64,000 nt of DNA from assembly GCA_903865745.1 (NCBI GenBank), contig CAIPKV010000012.1, positions 10,953-74,952 of the forward strand. Direction: 5' to 3'. The translations under genes were made by a program, and so were the position numbers. Below are positions 10,611 to 19,858 of the stretch, piece after piece (within the stretch, counting starts at the first letter, position 1; each line of letters starts with the position of its first letter). The DNA is from an uncultured Verrucomicrobia subdivision 3 bacterium (GTDB lineage: Bacteria > Verrucomicrobiota > Verrucomicrobiia > Limisphaerales > UBA11358). The notes under the pieces were generated by a model. It was not told where the DNA came from. It ran no database searches and saw nothing but the letters and a program-made list of their open reading frames with translations.

Positions 10611-10822
10611 TCGTCACCTCCACGTTGCTGGCGCAAAAGCGCGGCTTCAACCGACGGCCAGTGAAATAAATTTCGCCTGCCGATTTTAACGTGCGGAATT
10701 TTCCCCGACGCGCGCCAATTAAAAAGTGTTCGTCGGCAAATCGGTAGCCGCGCCAAGATTTGTTTTTCGTCGAGGAATGAATCCCCGCTCGCCGGTGCTG
10801 GTTGAATTGAGTCTTTGCTCAT
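10607..10822 (-). CDS. Excisionase-like HTH protein
   Basis: 71 aa, LDEKQILARLPICRRTLFNWRASGKIPHVKIGRR; downstream of the integrase. Confidence 0.8.
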   Translation of the reverse strand: MSKDSIQPAPASGDSFLDEKQILARLPICRRTLFNWRASGKIPHVKIGRRNLFHWPSVEAALLRQQRGGDE

Positions 10823-10979
10823 GCGAATACCATTCGCACACGCACTTTTACAAAAATGCCCGCAAACAAACGGTGAAACGAGGCAAAACCGGAATTGAAG
10901 AAAGCTAAATCAGCGGGGCAAAAACCTAAATCAGTGTTTGGAAAAGCAAAACCGGAACTAGCAAAAGCAAAATCCTATT

Positions 10980-11393
10980 TCAGCCGTTTTTCACGTTGTC
11001 CAAGGACTTTTTTGGCCGACCACCACGAGAACCTAATTCAGTTCGCCTTTTTGCAAGCCGTTCTTCCCACCAGCGCAAAAAATGTTGCGCTCGCAGGCAA
11101 TAAAGCCCGGCGCTAAAGGTTTGCCGTTTTTCCTGTTCCAAAATCGCCTGCACTATATTCGATATGATATGCTCGTCGGGGACATCTTTGCCGTTTTTCT
11201 GAACATCTAGCAGGTAATCAAAATACCGTTTTCGCCGCTCGTCTTTTGTTTCAACTTGAGGCATGAGACATCGCAACATTTCGTAAAAAGAAACCGGAAG
11301 CTTTTTTGGGCGTGGAACCTCGACGCCAAAATCCTTAAAAGGGTCTGACGGACAAAATTGCATTGGCGTTTTTTTCACAGAAGATTTTTTCAT
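10980..11393 (-). CDS. Hypothetical protein
   Basis: ATG at 11393 just after the integrase stop; C-terminal RGGRPKK AT-hook-like motif. Confidence 0.5.
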   Translation of the reverse strand: MKKSSVKKTPMQFCPSDPFKDFGVEVPRPKKLPVSFYEMLRCLMPQVETKDERRKRYFDYLLDVQKNGKDVPDEHIISNIVQAILEQEKRQTFSAGLYCLRAQHFLRWWEERLAKRRTELGSRGGRPKKSLDNVKNG

Positions 11394-11407
11394 AGGAGAT
11401 TTGCCAG

Positions 11408-12646
11408 CTATTCCGGCAGCACGTTGAACCATTTTTCCGCCTCGGCCTTTGTCGCCAGCCCTTTGTAATGCGCGTGAATCATCGCAGGCGAGTTGCCAGC
11501 TTGCGCGGCGGTCAGATTTTCGTTGGCGTGCGCGGCAAAATGGTAGGTGCAAAAAGCGTGACGCAAACCGTTTTTCCGTGTCGGGATTTTCAAGCTGTCG
11601 CGCAGTTCCACAAATCCGCGCTGGAAAACGTGGACGCCAGCCGGATACACCTTGCCCGTCGTTTTGCGGCACGATTCGAGCCAAGCGGCGAGCGCGGGAC
11701 AGATTTCCACAAGACGACGCTGGCGAGTTTTGGCCTGTCGCGCGGTGATTTCAATGTGTCCCTCGACGCGCCACACGTCCGCCCAATCCAAACGCATGAT
11801 CTCTTCGCCGCGCAAACCGGCAAGCCCGGCGATTGCCAGCGCGGGGCGCAAATCGGCGGGGGCGTTGTCCAACAGCTTTTTTAGTTCGGCGGGGCGGAAA
11901 AATTCCGTGTCGGCAGTCTCGACGGTTTCGCGCGTCATGCCGCTGGCTTCAAACAACCGATGATTGACGGACAAATAATCCTGACAGACAGCCCAAGACA
12001 AAAACATTTTCACCGCCGCGCGCCGGTCGTTCCGATTTTTGGCGGACATTTCCGACAGCGGTTTGAAGTAGAGGTTTAGATGCTCTTTGTTCAGGTCGCA
12101 GATAGCGGTTGATGGAAACGTGCTGGCAAATCCCCGCAGCCAGCCCGTGACGTGTGTTTCGTAGCTGGCGGACAATTGAGAGCGTTTCCCGTCTTTTGCT
12201 ATGGCCTTGTGTTTGCGCTCGCCTAGAAATTGCTCGACCGCCTCGGAAACGTCTTTGCGTTTCACGCTGACAACGGAATGCAGATAGCCGGTGACGGCTT
12301 CGTCCAGAGTGCGGCCATGAAGTTTGCCGGACGCCTCGACAAACTCGCTGACAGCGGCCAGCAGCGAAACGCGGCGTCCGCTGGCCTGATAGAACCCTTG
12401 CAGCCGTTCAAACGCGGCTAGGGCGTCGCGGGATTGCGTGGCATTGAGCGCGGCAGCCTGCGAGCCGTTCGCCAGTTCGCGCACGATACGTTCGGCGGCG
12501 GTCTTGGCGTCGGAATAATTAGCGAAGGTTTGCATCCGGCGTTTGCCTGCCGTAGAGTAGGCGAGCCGGTAATAAGCGAACTTTCCGCCCGGCGCGTAGA
12601 TTTTCGCCTTGCTGGTGCGGTGTCGGATGGTGACAGGGAACTTCAC
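11408..12646 (-). CDS. Tyrosine recombinase/integrase
   Basis: AGLRGEE (R), NGLRH, AGNS and HY catalytic motifs. Start uncertain: GTG at 12646, but the frame is open to 12757 inside the tRNA. Confidence 0.93.
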   Translation of the reverse strand: MKFPVTIRHRTSKAKIYAPGGKFAYYRLAYSTAGKRRMQTFANYSDAKTAAERIVRELANGSQAAALNATQSRDALAAFERLQGFYQASGRRVSLLAAVSEFVEASGKLHGRTLDEAVTGYLHSVVSVKRKDVSEAVEQFLGERKHKAIAKDGKRSQLSASYETHVTGWLRGFASTFPSTAICDLNKEHLNLYFKPLSEMSAKNRNDRRAAVKMFLSWAVCQDYLSVNHRLFEASGMTRETVETADTEFFRPAELKKLLDNAPADLRPALAIAGLAGLRGEEIMRLDWADVWRVEGHIEITARQAKTRQRRLVEICPALAAWLESCRKTTGKVYPAGVHVFQRGFVELRDSLKIPTRKNGLRHAFCTYHFAAHANENLTAAQAGNSPAMIHAHYKGLATKAEAEKWFNVLPE

Positions 12647-12727
12647 GCGACGGTCAGCGGTTCGGGCGATATTTTGTGCAAACTCTGTGCAAACATTTTG
12701 AGAATCGCCTGTTTTTTCAATAAATAG

Positions 12728-12812
12728 TGGTGCGCGCGAGAGGACTTGAACCTCCAATCCTTACGGAACCAGATCCTAAGTCTGGCGTGTCTGCCAATTC
12801 CACCACGCGCGC
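12728..12812 (-). tRNA. tRNA-Leu(TAG), 85 nt
   Basis: GCGCGCG acceptor stem, CCAGA-CTTAGGA-TCTGG anticodon arm, long variable arm, GGTTCAAGTCC T-loop, encoded CCA. Confidence 0.97.
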
Positions 12813-12905
12813 AACCCGACTAGCTTGCGCGGCGGCGGGCAAAATCTCAAGCCGCTTTTGCAGCCTGACATTGCACGCAGCGGCAAGTTCGTTTAGCTTC
12901 GCGCC

Positions 12906-13694
12906 ATGTCATTTTTTGGCAAGTCGATTTTGGTCGGGCTGGCGGCAGCAGCTTTGATTTCGCTGAACGGTTGCCTGCCGTCTGATTCCAGCCCGCTGGA
13001 TGAGGAAAAGGAGCCGCACTACGTCCTCGGCAAAAGTTGTGTCAATGCGATGGATTATGACGGCGCGGTCAAGGCGTTTTCTGAATCGCTCGAGGCCAAC
13101 CCGCGTTCGGCCGCAGCGCATTTTCAACTCGCCTGCCTGTTCGACCAAAAAGAATCCGATCCGGCGGCGGCGATTTATCATTATCAAGAATACCTCCGGC
13201 TGGACCCCAAAGCCGGCAATGCCGAGGTTATCAAGCAGCGTGTTTACAGTTGTAAACAGCAGCTCGCCGCCGATGTCCTGCCGTTGCCGAGCGCGCCCGC
13301 TGCCCAAAAACAGTTGGAAGATCTCGCCGATAAAAACCGCCAGCTTCAGGATGAAAATGACAAATGGCGCGCGTATTATGCCGCCCAGCAGGCCGCGCCA
13401 AAAAATCCGCCGCCGAACAATCCCGCGCCAGTTTCACTTGGGAGCCCGACGCCCGATGACATTTCCGCTGCTCCGGCAAATCCGGTAGCCGCTGCGCCCG
13501 CCACATCCGCTACACCGGTGCATACCTCTGTCGCTCGGCCGGCGCGGTCTCGCACCCACACCGTTGCTGCGGGCGAGACGCTTGCCGCCATCGCGCGAAA
13601 ATCCGGCGTGAGCCTCGCAGCGCTCGAGGCTGCGAATCCCGGCGTCACGCCTAAAAAATTGCACGTAGGCCAGCAATTGAATCTGCCGCAATAA
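12906..13694 (+). CDS. TPR plus C-terminal LysM lipoprotein
   Basis: LNGC lipobox, TPR helices, HTVAAGETLAAIA...LHVGQQL LysM domain. Confidence 0.85.
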   Translation: MSFFGKSILVGLAAAALISLNGCLPSDSSPLDEEKEPHYVLGKSCVNAMDYDGAVKAFSESLEANPRSAAAHFQLACLFDQKESDPAAAIYHYQEYLRLDPKAGNAEVIKQRVYSCKQQLAADVLPLPSAPAAQKQLEDLADKNRQLQDENDKWRAYYAAQQAAPKNPPPNNPAPVSLGSPTPDDISAAPANPVAAAPATSATPVHTSVARPARSRTHTVAAGETLAAIARKSGVSLAALEAANPGVTPKKLHVGQQLNLPQ

Positions 13695-13700
13695 CCTTCG

Positions 13701-14501
13701 ATGCCCGCGCGCCTGACTTTTCTCGCCATCGCCGCTTTCTGGCTGACGATGAACGTGCTGCTATGGCGGGCGGAATACGGTTCGCATGGTGATGAGACCC
13801 CGGTGCCCTTGGAACTGGTTTGGAAAAAGATTTTGACCGCGCCGGACGCATCTTCCTTGAGCGTTTATCAGAACGGCGACCGCTCAGGCTATTGCGAGAT
13901 TTCCACTAGCGTCGGTCAGGAAATGGCTGCGGTGGACGCCGACCGTCCGCCGCCGGAGGGCTTGGCTCGCCACGCTGGCTACCAGATTCATCTGGCGGGC
14001 AACATTGCGCTGGGCGATTTCACCAACCGCTTGAAATTCGACTGTCGACTGAGTTTTTCCAATGTTAGTGAATGGCGGGAAGTGGAACTGAAAATCAGTG
14101 CGCACCAGACCTTGGTATCGATTCATTCGGTGGCCACTAACCAAATGGTGCACCTAAGAATCAATGGCGGAGGCGCCAACTTAATGGAAAAAGATTTAAC
14201 GTTTGCTGATATACAAAATCCTAATGCCTTGGTTCGAGCGCTATTGGGCAATGTGGGCGACACTCTCTTCGGAGCGATGGATTTACCAGATCTCACCACC
14301 GTATCTGCTGGTCAAAAGGTGGCGTTGCGGGCAAATCGCACCCGCGTCAAGATCGGCACTGAGGCCGTGCCGATCTATCGCATTGAAACGGATTTTTTGG
14401 GCCATAGCGTGTTGGTGGATGTCAGTACGCTCGGAGAAATATTGCGCGTGGAGTTGCCGGGCAACATCAGTGCCCGGATAGATGAATGGGGTAAACCATG
14501 A
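13701..14501 (+). CDS. Hypothetical exported protein
   Basis: N-terminal TM/signal; operonic with the ABC ATPase. Confidence 0.7.
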   Translation: MPARLTFLAIAAFWLTMNVLLWRAEYGSHGDETPVPLELVWKKILTAPDASSLSVYQNGDRSGYCEISTSVGQEMAAVDADRPPPEGLARHAGYQIHLAGNIALGDFTNRLKFDCRLSFSNVSEWREVELKISAHQTLVSIHSVATNQMVHLRINGGGANLMEKDLTFADIQNPNALVRALLGNVGDTLFGAMDLPDLTTVSAGQKVALRANRTRVKIGTEAVPIYRIETDFLGHSVLVDVSTLGEILRVELPGNISARIDEWGKP

Positions 14502-15229
14502 TTGAACTTGATCGGCTTGTAAAAAACTTCGGCGATCTGGTCGCCGTCAATGATGTCTCGCTAAAGATCGCGCGCGGCGAATTTTTTGCCATGCTCGGCC
14601 CAAACGCCGCTGGCAAGACCACGACGATCAAGCTGCTGGCTGGCCTCATCAAACCCACGTCGGGTTCGGCGCGGATTTGCGGCTATGACATCCAAGCGCA
14701 GCCGCTTGAGGCGCGCCGGCGAATGGCTTACGTCCCCGACTTTCCATTTCTTTACGACAAGCTGACCGCGTGGGAGTTTTTTCGCTTCACCGGCCAGTTG
14801 TTCCAGCTGGATGCTGCGCGCATCGAGAAAAACTCACGCGAACTCGTCGCACGTTTCCATCTCGCTGAATTTGTAGACCGCCCCTTGGAAGGGCTATCAC
14901 ATGGCACGCGACAGCGCATTGCCATCGTGTCGGCGCTGTTGCACGACCCGGAAGTTTTTGTGATTGATGAACCGATGGTCGGCCTCGACCCGCAACATGC
15001 GCGCGTGGTGAAGGACGTTTTAAAGGAACGCTCGCTCGCAGGCATGACGGTGCTGGTGTCAACGCATCAATTGAGTATCGCGGAGGAAATGTGCGACCGT
15101 ATCGGCATCATCAACGGAGGCAAGCTTATCGCCGTCGGTACGCGCGCTGAATTGCAGCGGCAAAGCGGCGCGGCGGGTGAATTAGAGGAAACCTTCTTGT
15201 CGCTCACGGCGGCGGCCAACCAAACCTGA
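14498..15229 (+). CDS. ABC transporter ATP-binding protein
   Basis: GPNAAGKTT Walker A, LSHG signature, VIDEP Walker B. Confidence 0.93.
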   Translation: MIELDRLVKNFGDLVAVNDVSLKIARGEFFAMLGPNAAGKTTTIKLLAGLIKPTSGSARICGYDIQAQPLEARRRMAYVPDFPFLYDKLTAWEFFRFTGQLFQLDAARIEKNSRELVARFHLAEFVDRPLEGLSHGTRQRIAIVSALLHDPEVFVIDEPMVGLDPQHARVVKDVLKERSLAGMTVLVSTHQLSIAEEMCDRIGIINGGKLIAVGTRAELQRQSGAAGELEETFLSLTAAANQT

Positions 15230-15235
15230 AAGAAG

Positions 15236-15281
15236 TGGAGCCAGCTGTCAGGATTGAACTGACGACCCGCAGTTTACAAAA
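15236..15281 (-). other. att site: displaced 3' half of tRNA-Thr(TGT)
   Basis: Reverse complement TTTTGTAAACTGCGGGTCGTCAGTTCAATCCTGACAGCTGGCTCCA runs from the anticodon loop to CCA; 5' half absent; integrase adjacent. Confidence 0.88.
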
Positions 15282-15343
15282 TAGAGGGGCGTGTCTCATA
15301 TCAGCCCAATAAACATTGGCTTGTATTGTTGTCAATTTTCTTG

Positions 15344-15372
15344 TTGACCCCCGCCTTGACCCCCATCATAAT
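15344..15372 (+). promoter_or_regulatory. Sigma70-like promoter TTGACC-N17-CATAAT for the integrase, overlapping a TTGACCCCC direct repeat
   Basis: -35 at 15344-49, -10 at 15367-72, predicted +1 about 15379 (the A of ATG); TTGACCCCC at 15344 and 15356. Confidence 0.6.
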
Positions 15373-15378
15373 AAACCC

Positions 15379-16428
15379 ATGAAAACGACGAATTCCGACT
15401 TGTGGGAGCACGTTGAGACCAACCTGATACGGTATAAGCCGACTGGCGGCTACTATGTGAAGGCGAAGGTTCACGGCAAGAAGGTGCGGGAATCACTCAA
15501 CACTGACAAGCTCCCTGACGCACGGCGACAGGTTTCCGCCTGGCTGGCTCGTGTCCGAGGCGGCAGCACCCACGTCCGATCCGGCTTGTTGATGCAGACG
15601 CCGATTGAGGAATGGAAGAACTGGATCAACAACAAGGTGCAGGCACCACGCACGCGCGAATGCCGGCTGGACAACTGGCGAGTTGTCATCGAGCCCACCT
15701 GGCCACACCTGGCGACGACCAAAATTAACTCCGTGACCAGGCATGATGTCGAGAGCTGGCGGGACGGGCTGATTACGAAGCACAAATACTCCGTATCACA
15801 GGCCAACCAATGCCTAGGCACATTGAAACAGATTTTCAGGATAGCGGAGAACAAAGGGATGCTGTTGCATGATTCGCCGGCAGCTAGGGTGAAGCAGCTC
15901 AGGCAGCCGGCAAAGAAGTTGGTATTACCCACCAAAGCCGATTTCGCCAAGCTCCGGGCGGTAGTCTATGGCCGAAGCCCTAGGGGAGGCGAGCTGTTCG
16001 ATTTCCTGAGCCTCAGCGGAGCGCGTATTGACTCCGCAAACCACGTCACCTGGGGAAACGTGGACTGGACGGCGAACAAGCTCCACTTCACCGTGGCTAA
16101 GCGTGGAGGATACAGCATACCGCTATTTGCCCCGCTGAAGGCCTTCCTGTTGAAGATACGGCCACCCAGCCAGAAGGCGGACACCAAGGTCCTGAAGGTG
16201 AAGAGCATTAAGAAAGTTTTAGGCAATAGCTGCCGATGGATGGGAATACACCATCTTAGCCACCACGATTTGAGGCACTGGTTTGCCACACGAGCCATTG
16301 AGCAAGGCGTGGACATCCCCACCCTTAGCCGGTGGATAGGCCACAAAGACGGCGGAGCGCTGGCGCTGAGGGTGTACGGGCACCTACGGGACGAACATAG
16401 CCAGACCGAAGCACTGAAAATAACATGA
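15379..16428 (+). CDS. Tyrosine recombinase/integrase
   Basis: SGARIDS, HHDLRH, WIGH and VYGH catalytic motifs; ATG at 15379. Confidence 0.93.
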   Translation: MKTTNSDLWEHVETNLIRYKPTGGYYVKAKVHGKKVRESLNTDKLPDARRQVSAWLARVRGGSTHVRSGLLMQTPIEEWKNWINNKVQAPRTRECRLDNWRVVIEPTWPHLATTKINSVTRHDVESWRDGLITKHKYSVSQANQCLGTLKQIFRIAENKGMLLHDSPAARVKQLRQPAKKLVLPTKADFAKLRAVVYGRSPRGGELFDFLSLSGARIDSANHVTWGNVDWTANKLHFTVAKRGGYSIPLFAPLKAFLLKIRPPSQKADTKVLKVKSIKKVLGNSCRWMGIHHLSHHDLRHWFATRAIEQGVDIPTLSRWIGHKDGGALALRVYGHLRDEHSQTEALKIT

Positions 16429-16616
16429 ATCGCCTGCTCAGAGACCTCTTTTTCGCCAGCGCGCTTGGAGCGCTGCTTGGAAACGCCATCGGCATTTTTA
16501 TCCGCCGCCGCAACGAGCGCATGGCCGCAACTGCTCCTGTCCAGCGCAGCCGAGCCAGCCATGCACCCGAACTTGCCGTTCGGTGGTACGGGCGGAACCC
16601 GAACAGCATTGGCTGA
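16425..16616 (+). CDS. Small membrane protein
   Basis: ATGA overlap with the integrase; hydrophobic segment FFASALGALLGNAIGIFI. Confidence 0.45.
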   Translation: MNRLLRDLFFASALGALLGNAIGIFIRRRNERMAATAPVQRSRASHAPELAVRWYGRNPNSIG

Positions 16617-16638
16617 CCGCACGCGGCTCCTTTTTCGC

Positions 16639-16678
16639 CGAATCGCACACCACATGTGGTAGGAAGGAAGGGAGAGAG
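16639..16678 (+). repeat. Repeat copy A (palindrome ACCACATGTGGT plus purine tract)
   Basis: CGAATCGCACACCACATGTGGTAGGAAGGAAGGGAGAGAG. Confidence 0.9.
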
Positions 16679-16692
16679 AAGGAAAAGGACTT

Positions 16693-17019
16693 TCACAGGT
16701 CGAACGGGTCGAACGGCTTCTTGGTTCTCACGGAATCGATTTGCGCCGCTAGTGTGGAAGCCATGTCTAGCGAAGTTCCCAATAATAGGGCGATGTCGGC
16801 GTTGTTCTCAGGTCGGCATAAAATCAAAGTGAGAATTTCCTGGGCGAGAGCTTCGGCGTCCTGCTGGTCGAATTTGAAGCGCAACACGCGGACGATTTGC
16901 CTGAATTTTACCTCGTTTCGCTCCACCGACTCTTTAAGTTTGCGAACGTGCTCAGCGTGCTCGGTAAAAGCCGCGAAACTGGCAATTTGCAAGAACAGTT
17001 TTAATATATCGGTTTTCAT
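16693..17019 (-). CDS. Hypothetical protein ending FDPFDL
   Basis: 108 aa; ATGA-type coupling to the upstream gene. Confidence 0.7.
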   Translation of the reverse strand: MKTDILKLFLQIASFAAFTEHAEHVRKLKESVERNEVKFRQIVRVLRFKFDQQDAEALAQEILTLILCRPENNADIALLLGTSLDMASTLAAQIDSVRTKKPFDPFDL

Positions 17020-17633
17020 TTTCCTTCGATGGCCAGTGCCTTAATCGCGCCTTCGTTTCCCTTGGCGGCAGCCAAACGCCACAATCTGACCGCCTCGCCG
17101 ATGTCCCGCTCGACACCCTGCCCATTGGCGTAGCAAACACCGAGGTTGTATTGCCCGCCGGCCATTCCATATTTTGCCTGCTCGCGCCACTCTGCGATGG
17201 CATCCTCGATACAACCAGGGCCACTGGTGACCGTCTCTCCTTTCACTTCAACTACCCACGCAAACGGAAGGTTCATCGGCTCGTGGAACGAGTCTTGGAA
17301 CGTAAGGCCAGGCCACTGGCGGCCCAAGTATACAAGCAGACTTTCCGGGGCACCATTGGCTGATTCGAACATATAGACGAGTTCGTTTTCAGTTTCGCTT
17401 TCCAGCCGACAATCTCCAATACGTCGACAGCCCCAATTGGCATAGACCCATTCGAAGTAATCTTCCTCGCCTTCAATCACCTCTTGCGGTATCGGCATCA
17501 GCGAGTCCGGGTTAAAGGCTGAGGGAGGTTCCCCCAGCCCATACGGATGACTGCCAATGGCCCGTTTCTTGAAGTGTTCCAACTCCTCCTTGTTGCCGGT
17601 AATCGTCAACACATTGTAATACCAGTTAGGCAT
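17016..17633 (-). CDS. YubB/DUF1281 ferredoxin-like domain plus Sel1 repeat protein
   Basis: MPNWYYNVLTITG, W..ANWG and FES motifs; GQYNLGVCYANGQGV Sel1 repeat; GGAGG SD. Confidence 0.8.
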   Translation of the reverse strand: MPNWYYNVLTITGNKEELEHFKKRAIGSHPYGLGEPPSAFNPDSLMPIPQEVIEGEEDYFEWVYANWGCRRIGDCRLESETENELVYMFESANGAPESLLVYLGRQWPGLTFQDSFHEPMNLPFAWVVEVKGETVTSGPGCIEDAIAEWREQAKYGMAGGQYNLGVCYANGQGVERDIGEAVRLWRLAAAKGNEGAIKALAIEGK

Positions 17634-17682
17634 AACGGCCTCCGGTTTGTTTCACGCTGATTGCTTTTAACACGTTTTTCAT
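17626..17682 (-). CDS. Putative 18-aa leader peptide MKNVLKAISVKQTGGRYA
   Basis: AGGAG SD upstream; stop overlaps the start of the next gene (ATGCCTAA). Confidence 0.35.
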   Translation of the reverse strand: MKNVLKAISVKQTGGRYA

Positions 17683-17761
17683 ATTTTCTTTTCTCCTGTC
17701 TCTCATTCTCCACTCCGCCAAACTTTCTGCTACGTGAATTTGCAACCAAATGAAAAGATGT

Positions 17762-18541
17762 TCAGCCTGGTGTTTTCGGCTCAATTCTTGACGGGTAAAT
17801 CCCCCAGTAAAACGGGTCGAAGTTCTGGATGTATTTCTCGATTTCATAGTAGGAATTGACGAACCCAGTAAAATCCTTCCACCCGGCCAGCGGTCTGCCT
17901 TTTTCGGGCGAGAAAACGAAAAGTCGCGGCTGCATGAATAGCAGCGCGCTTTCAATTTGGGGTTCCAGCCGCCGCTTGGCAGCCTCGATTTGCAACTCCA
18001 ATTCCCGTGGCTCCCGCCACAGCTTCATTGGCACCATAGTTTGGCACTTGGCGAGGCATACGACTAAGCCGTTGACGTTGTCGCTCCAGGCTTTTTCCTT
18101 TTCCGCCACCACCTTGCACCGCCAATATTCGGCGTGCCGTAGCAGCCGGTATTTTTCGATTAGCCTCGTCAATTCCACGTTTGGCTTCTGGAGGTTCTGC
18201 AGGTTGCCATTGTGATACCAGCCGCCGAACAGGATAAAGGCAGAATGGTATTCCGGGCTCAAGTTGCCCAGGGCCACGAAGAACGGCTCCAATTCAGCCC
18301 AATTTGCGACGTGAATTCTGCCGGCAATCACCCTGTATGTTTCGGCGATTTCCGCTTGGTTCGGGTCACTCGCGGCCACCAACCCACATAGGCGGGTTCG
18401 TTGCTTTCCCAAAAACTCCTGCTGATGTTTCCCCAGCGAGGTTTCGACATCCACGACAGGCTGATTATTTTTGCTGCCGGCATCGCCGACCCCGCCCATG
18501 TCGAGCTGCGGGTTGTTATTCGGAATGAGTGGAGTGTCCAT
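17762..18541 (-). CDS. Hypothetical protein
   Basis: ATG immediately after the relaxase stop; about 259 aa. Confidence 0.6.
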   Translation of the reverse strand: MDTPLIPNNNPQLDMGGVGDAGSKNNQPVVDVETSLGKHQQEFLGKQRTRLCGLVAASDPNQAEIAETYRVIAGRIHVANWAELEPFFVALGNLSPEYHSAFILFGGWYHNGNLQNLQKPNVELTRLIEKYRLLRHAEYWRCKVVAEKEKAWSDNVNGLVVCLAKCQTMVPMKLWREPRELELQIEAAKRRLEPQIESALLFMQPRLFVFSPEKGRPLAGWKDFTGFVNSYYEIEKYIQNFDPFYWGIYPSRIEPKTPG

Positions 18542-18542
18542 A

Positions 18543-19484
18543 TCAGGAGATGTCGATTTGAGGTTGCGGTTTGGTTTCCGGCGCGGCCACCACTTGCGAT
18601 TGGACGTGCCCCTGTGCCTCGCGGATGTCCTTGAGAATTTCTTGGACGTCTGCGCTGGTAAATCCCGAATCATTGAATGCTTCTTGCAGCGCTCCGGGCA
18701 ACGCTGCACTTGGGTTTATTATGGTTGTCATGTTTTCTGTTGGGTTTTCTCCCCAGCCCACCGCACCGGCTTGACCGGTGAGCAGACCGAGGAAATTGAT
18801 GAGCGTGGCCAGCCGGATGCGGCGGCCTTGGTACTTGAATGAAATGAGCGACCCGTCTTTGCGCGTGCGGAAGTCCGTGACTTTTCCGGCTTTGACGAGC
18901 TTGGCCCAGCGGTCTTTCCGCAGGTTTCCCTTTTCATCCAGCAGCGCCAGCGCGAGCAGACGGACATCCAGTTTTTTGGCCTTGGGATACATCGTGAACG
19001 CCTTGCCTCTGCCCCTTCCCCGACCGGAAATAAATTGGAGCGTCCAGGCAAACGACTGAAGCTCCTTGAGGAATTTCGGCCGCAAGTCGAGCGTCCGACG
19101 GCCATTGGAGTTGGAGAAAATCAGATGGATGTGCCGGGTGGAGGTGTCGCGATGCACCCAGCCCAGCATGGAGGCGATACCCATCAGCTTTTGAAAATCC
19201 TTCGCCGCCTGCAACAGTCGCCGGTCAATGTCATCGAGCTGTTCGGCCGTGGCGTTACGCGGAGTTTGGACGGATATAACTGCAGTCCGGCAGACGCGCT
19301 TGGCTCTTGGATCATGGTGGTAGGCCAGCAGCAGTTCGGCGAGTTGCCGGGGAGTTCCCCTAGCCACGCCGGCATCCAAACCGTCGTATGTGCGGGACAC
19401 CTTTTTGGTGTTGGCAAAATACTTTATGGCCTCCACCGGACGGGAGGTGGCACGCAGGTTGATGATGGCGTAGGGAGCGTTCAT
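18543..19484 (-). CDS. HUH relaxase (MOBP/VirD2-like)
   Basis: N-terminal AIKY, WVHRDTSTRHIHLIFSN His-triad motif; coupled to MobC. Confidence 0.82.
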   Translation of the reverse strand: MNAPYAIINLRATSRPVEAIKYFANTKKVSRTYDGLDAGVARGTPRQLAELLLAYHHDPRAKRVCRTAVISVQTPRNATAEQLDDIDRRLLQAAKDFQKLMGIASMLGWVHRDTSTRHIHLIFSNSNGRRTLDLRPKFLKELQSFAWTLQFISGRGRGRGKAFTMYPKAKKLDVRLLALALLDEKGNLRKDRWAKLVKAGKVTDFRTRKDGSLISFKYQGRRIRLATLINFLGLLTGQAGAVGWGENPTENMTTIINPSAALPGALQEAFNDSGFTSADVQEILKDIREAQGHVQSQVVAAPETKPQPQIDIS

Positions 19485-19765
19485 GGCCAGAGTCCTTTCA
19501 GTTTTTGCACCGCTTCATCCACCGCTTGGGCGTCCACCGAGGTGCCCCTGGACACGCGGAGCGATTGATTGATAAGCACCCCCAGGCGGCGCATCTCCGT
19601 CGCCGCCTCGACCAGCTTGCTGATGTCCAATCCCGAAGTGTGTGCCAGGACTATGAATGCCACCGTGCGACCACGAAGCCCCCGCTTAAGCCCCATAAGT
19701 TGCTCCGCCAGTTGCCGGGGAAGCCTGGCACGACCAAAGGAAACACTGGTGGTCTTGCGGTTCAT
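19481..19765 (-). CDS. mobC: MobC-like relaxosome accessory protein
   Basis: MRRLGVLINQ resembles the L.RIGNNLNQ motif; ATGA overlap with the relaxase. Confidence 0.75.
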   Translation of the reverse strand: MNRKTTSVSFGRARLPRQLAEQLMGLKRGLRGRTVAFIVLAHTSGLDISKLVEAATEMRRLGVLINQSLRVSRGTSVDAQAVDEAVQKLKGLWP

Positions 19766-19858
19766 GGCTGTCCTCCTTCAGGTGAACCAGACACCCCCGA
19801 GGCGCTGTCGGCAGGGGGAAGTCCGTCAGAGTTATGTGTGCGGCAAGCTACGCTGTTC

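Larger units (their letters stand above)
4138..12754. mobile_element. Integrative element (satellite-like, ~8.6 kb) in tRNA-Leu(TAG)
   Basis: Flanking 29-bp direct repeat, tyrosine integrase next to the tRNA, Xis-like HTH genes, arm-type repeats at both ends. Confidence 0.92.

Noticed and set aside
12259-12270. GTTTCACGCTGA as a second antisense target in the element-1 integrase
   Set aside because: A 12-nt match inside a CDS of a different element; not clearly above chance
15236-15281. Functional tRNA-Thr gene
   Set aside because: The 5' half (acceptor 5' strand and D arm) is absent; interpreted as an att fragment
17648-17663. parS site (TGTTTCACG...)
   Set aside because: Only a half-site; the second half does not match TGAAACA, and no ParAB is seen
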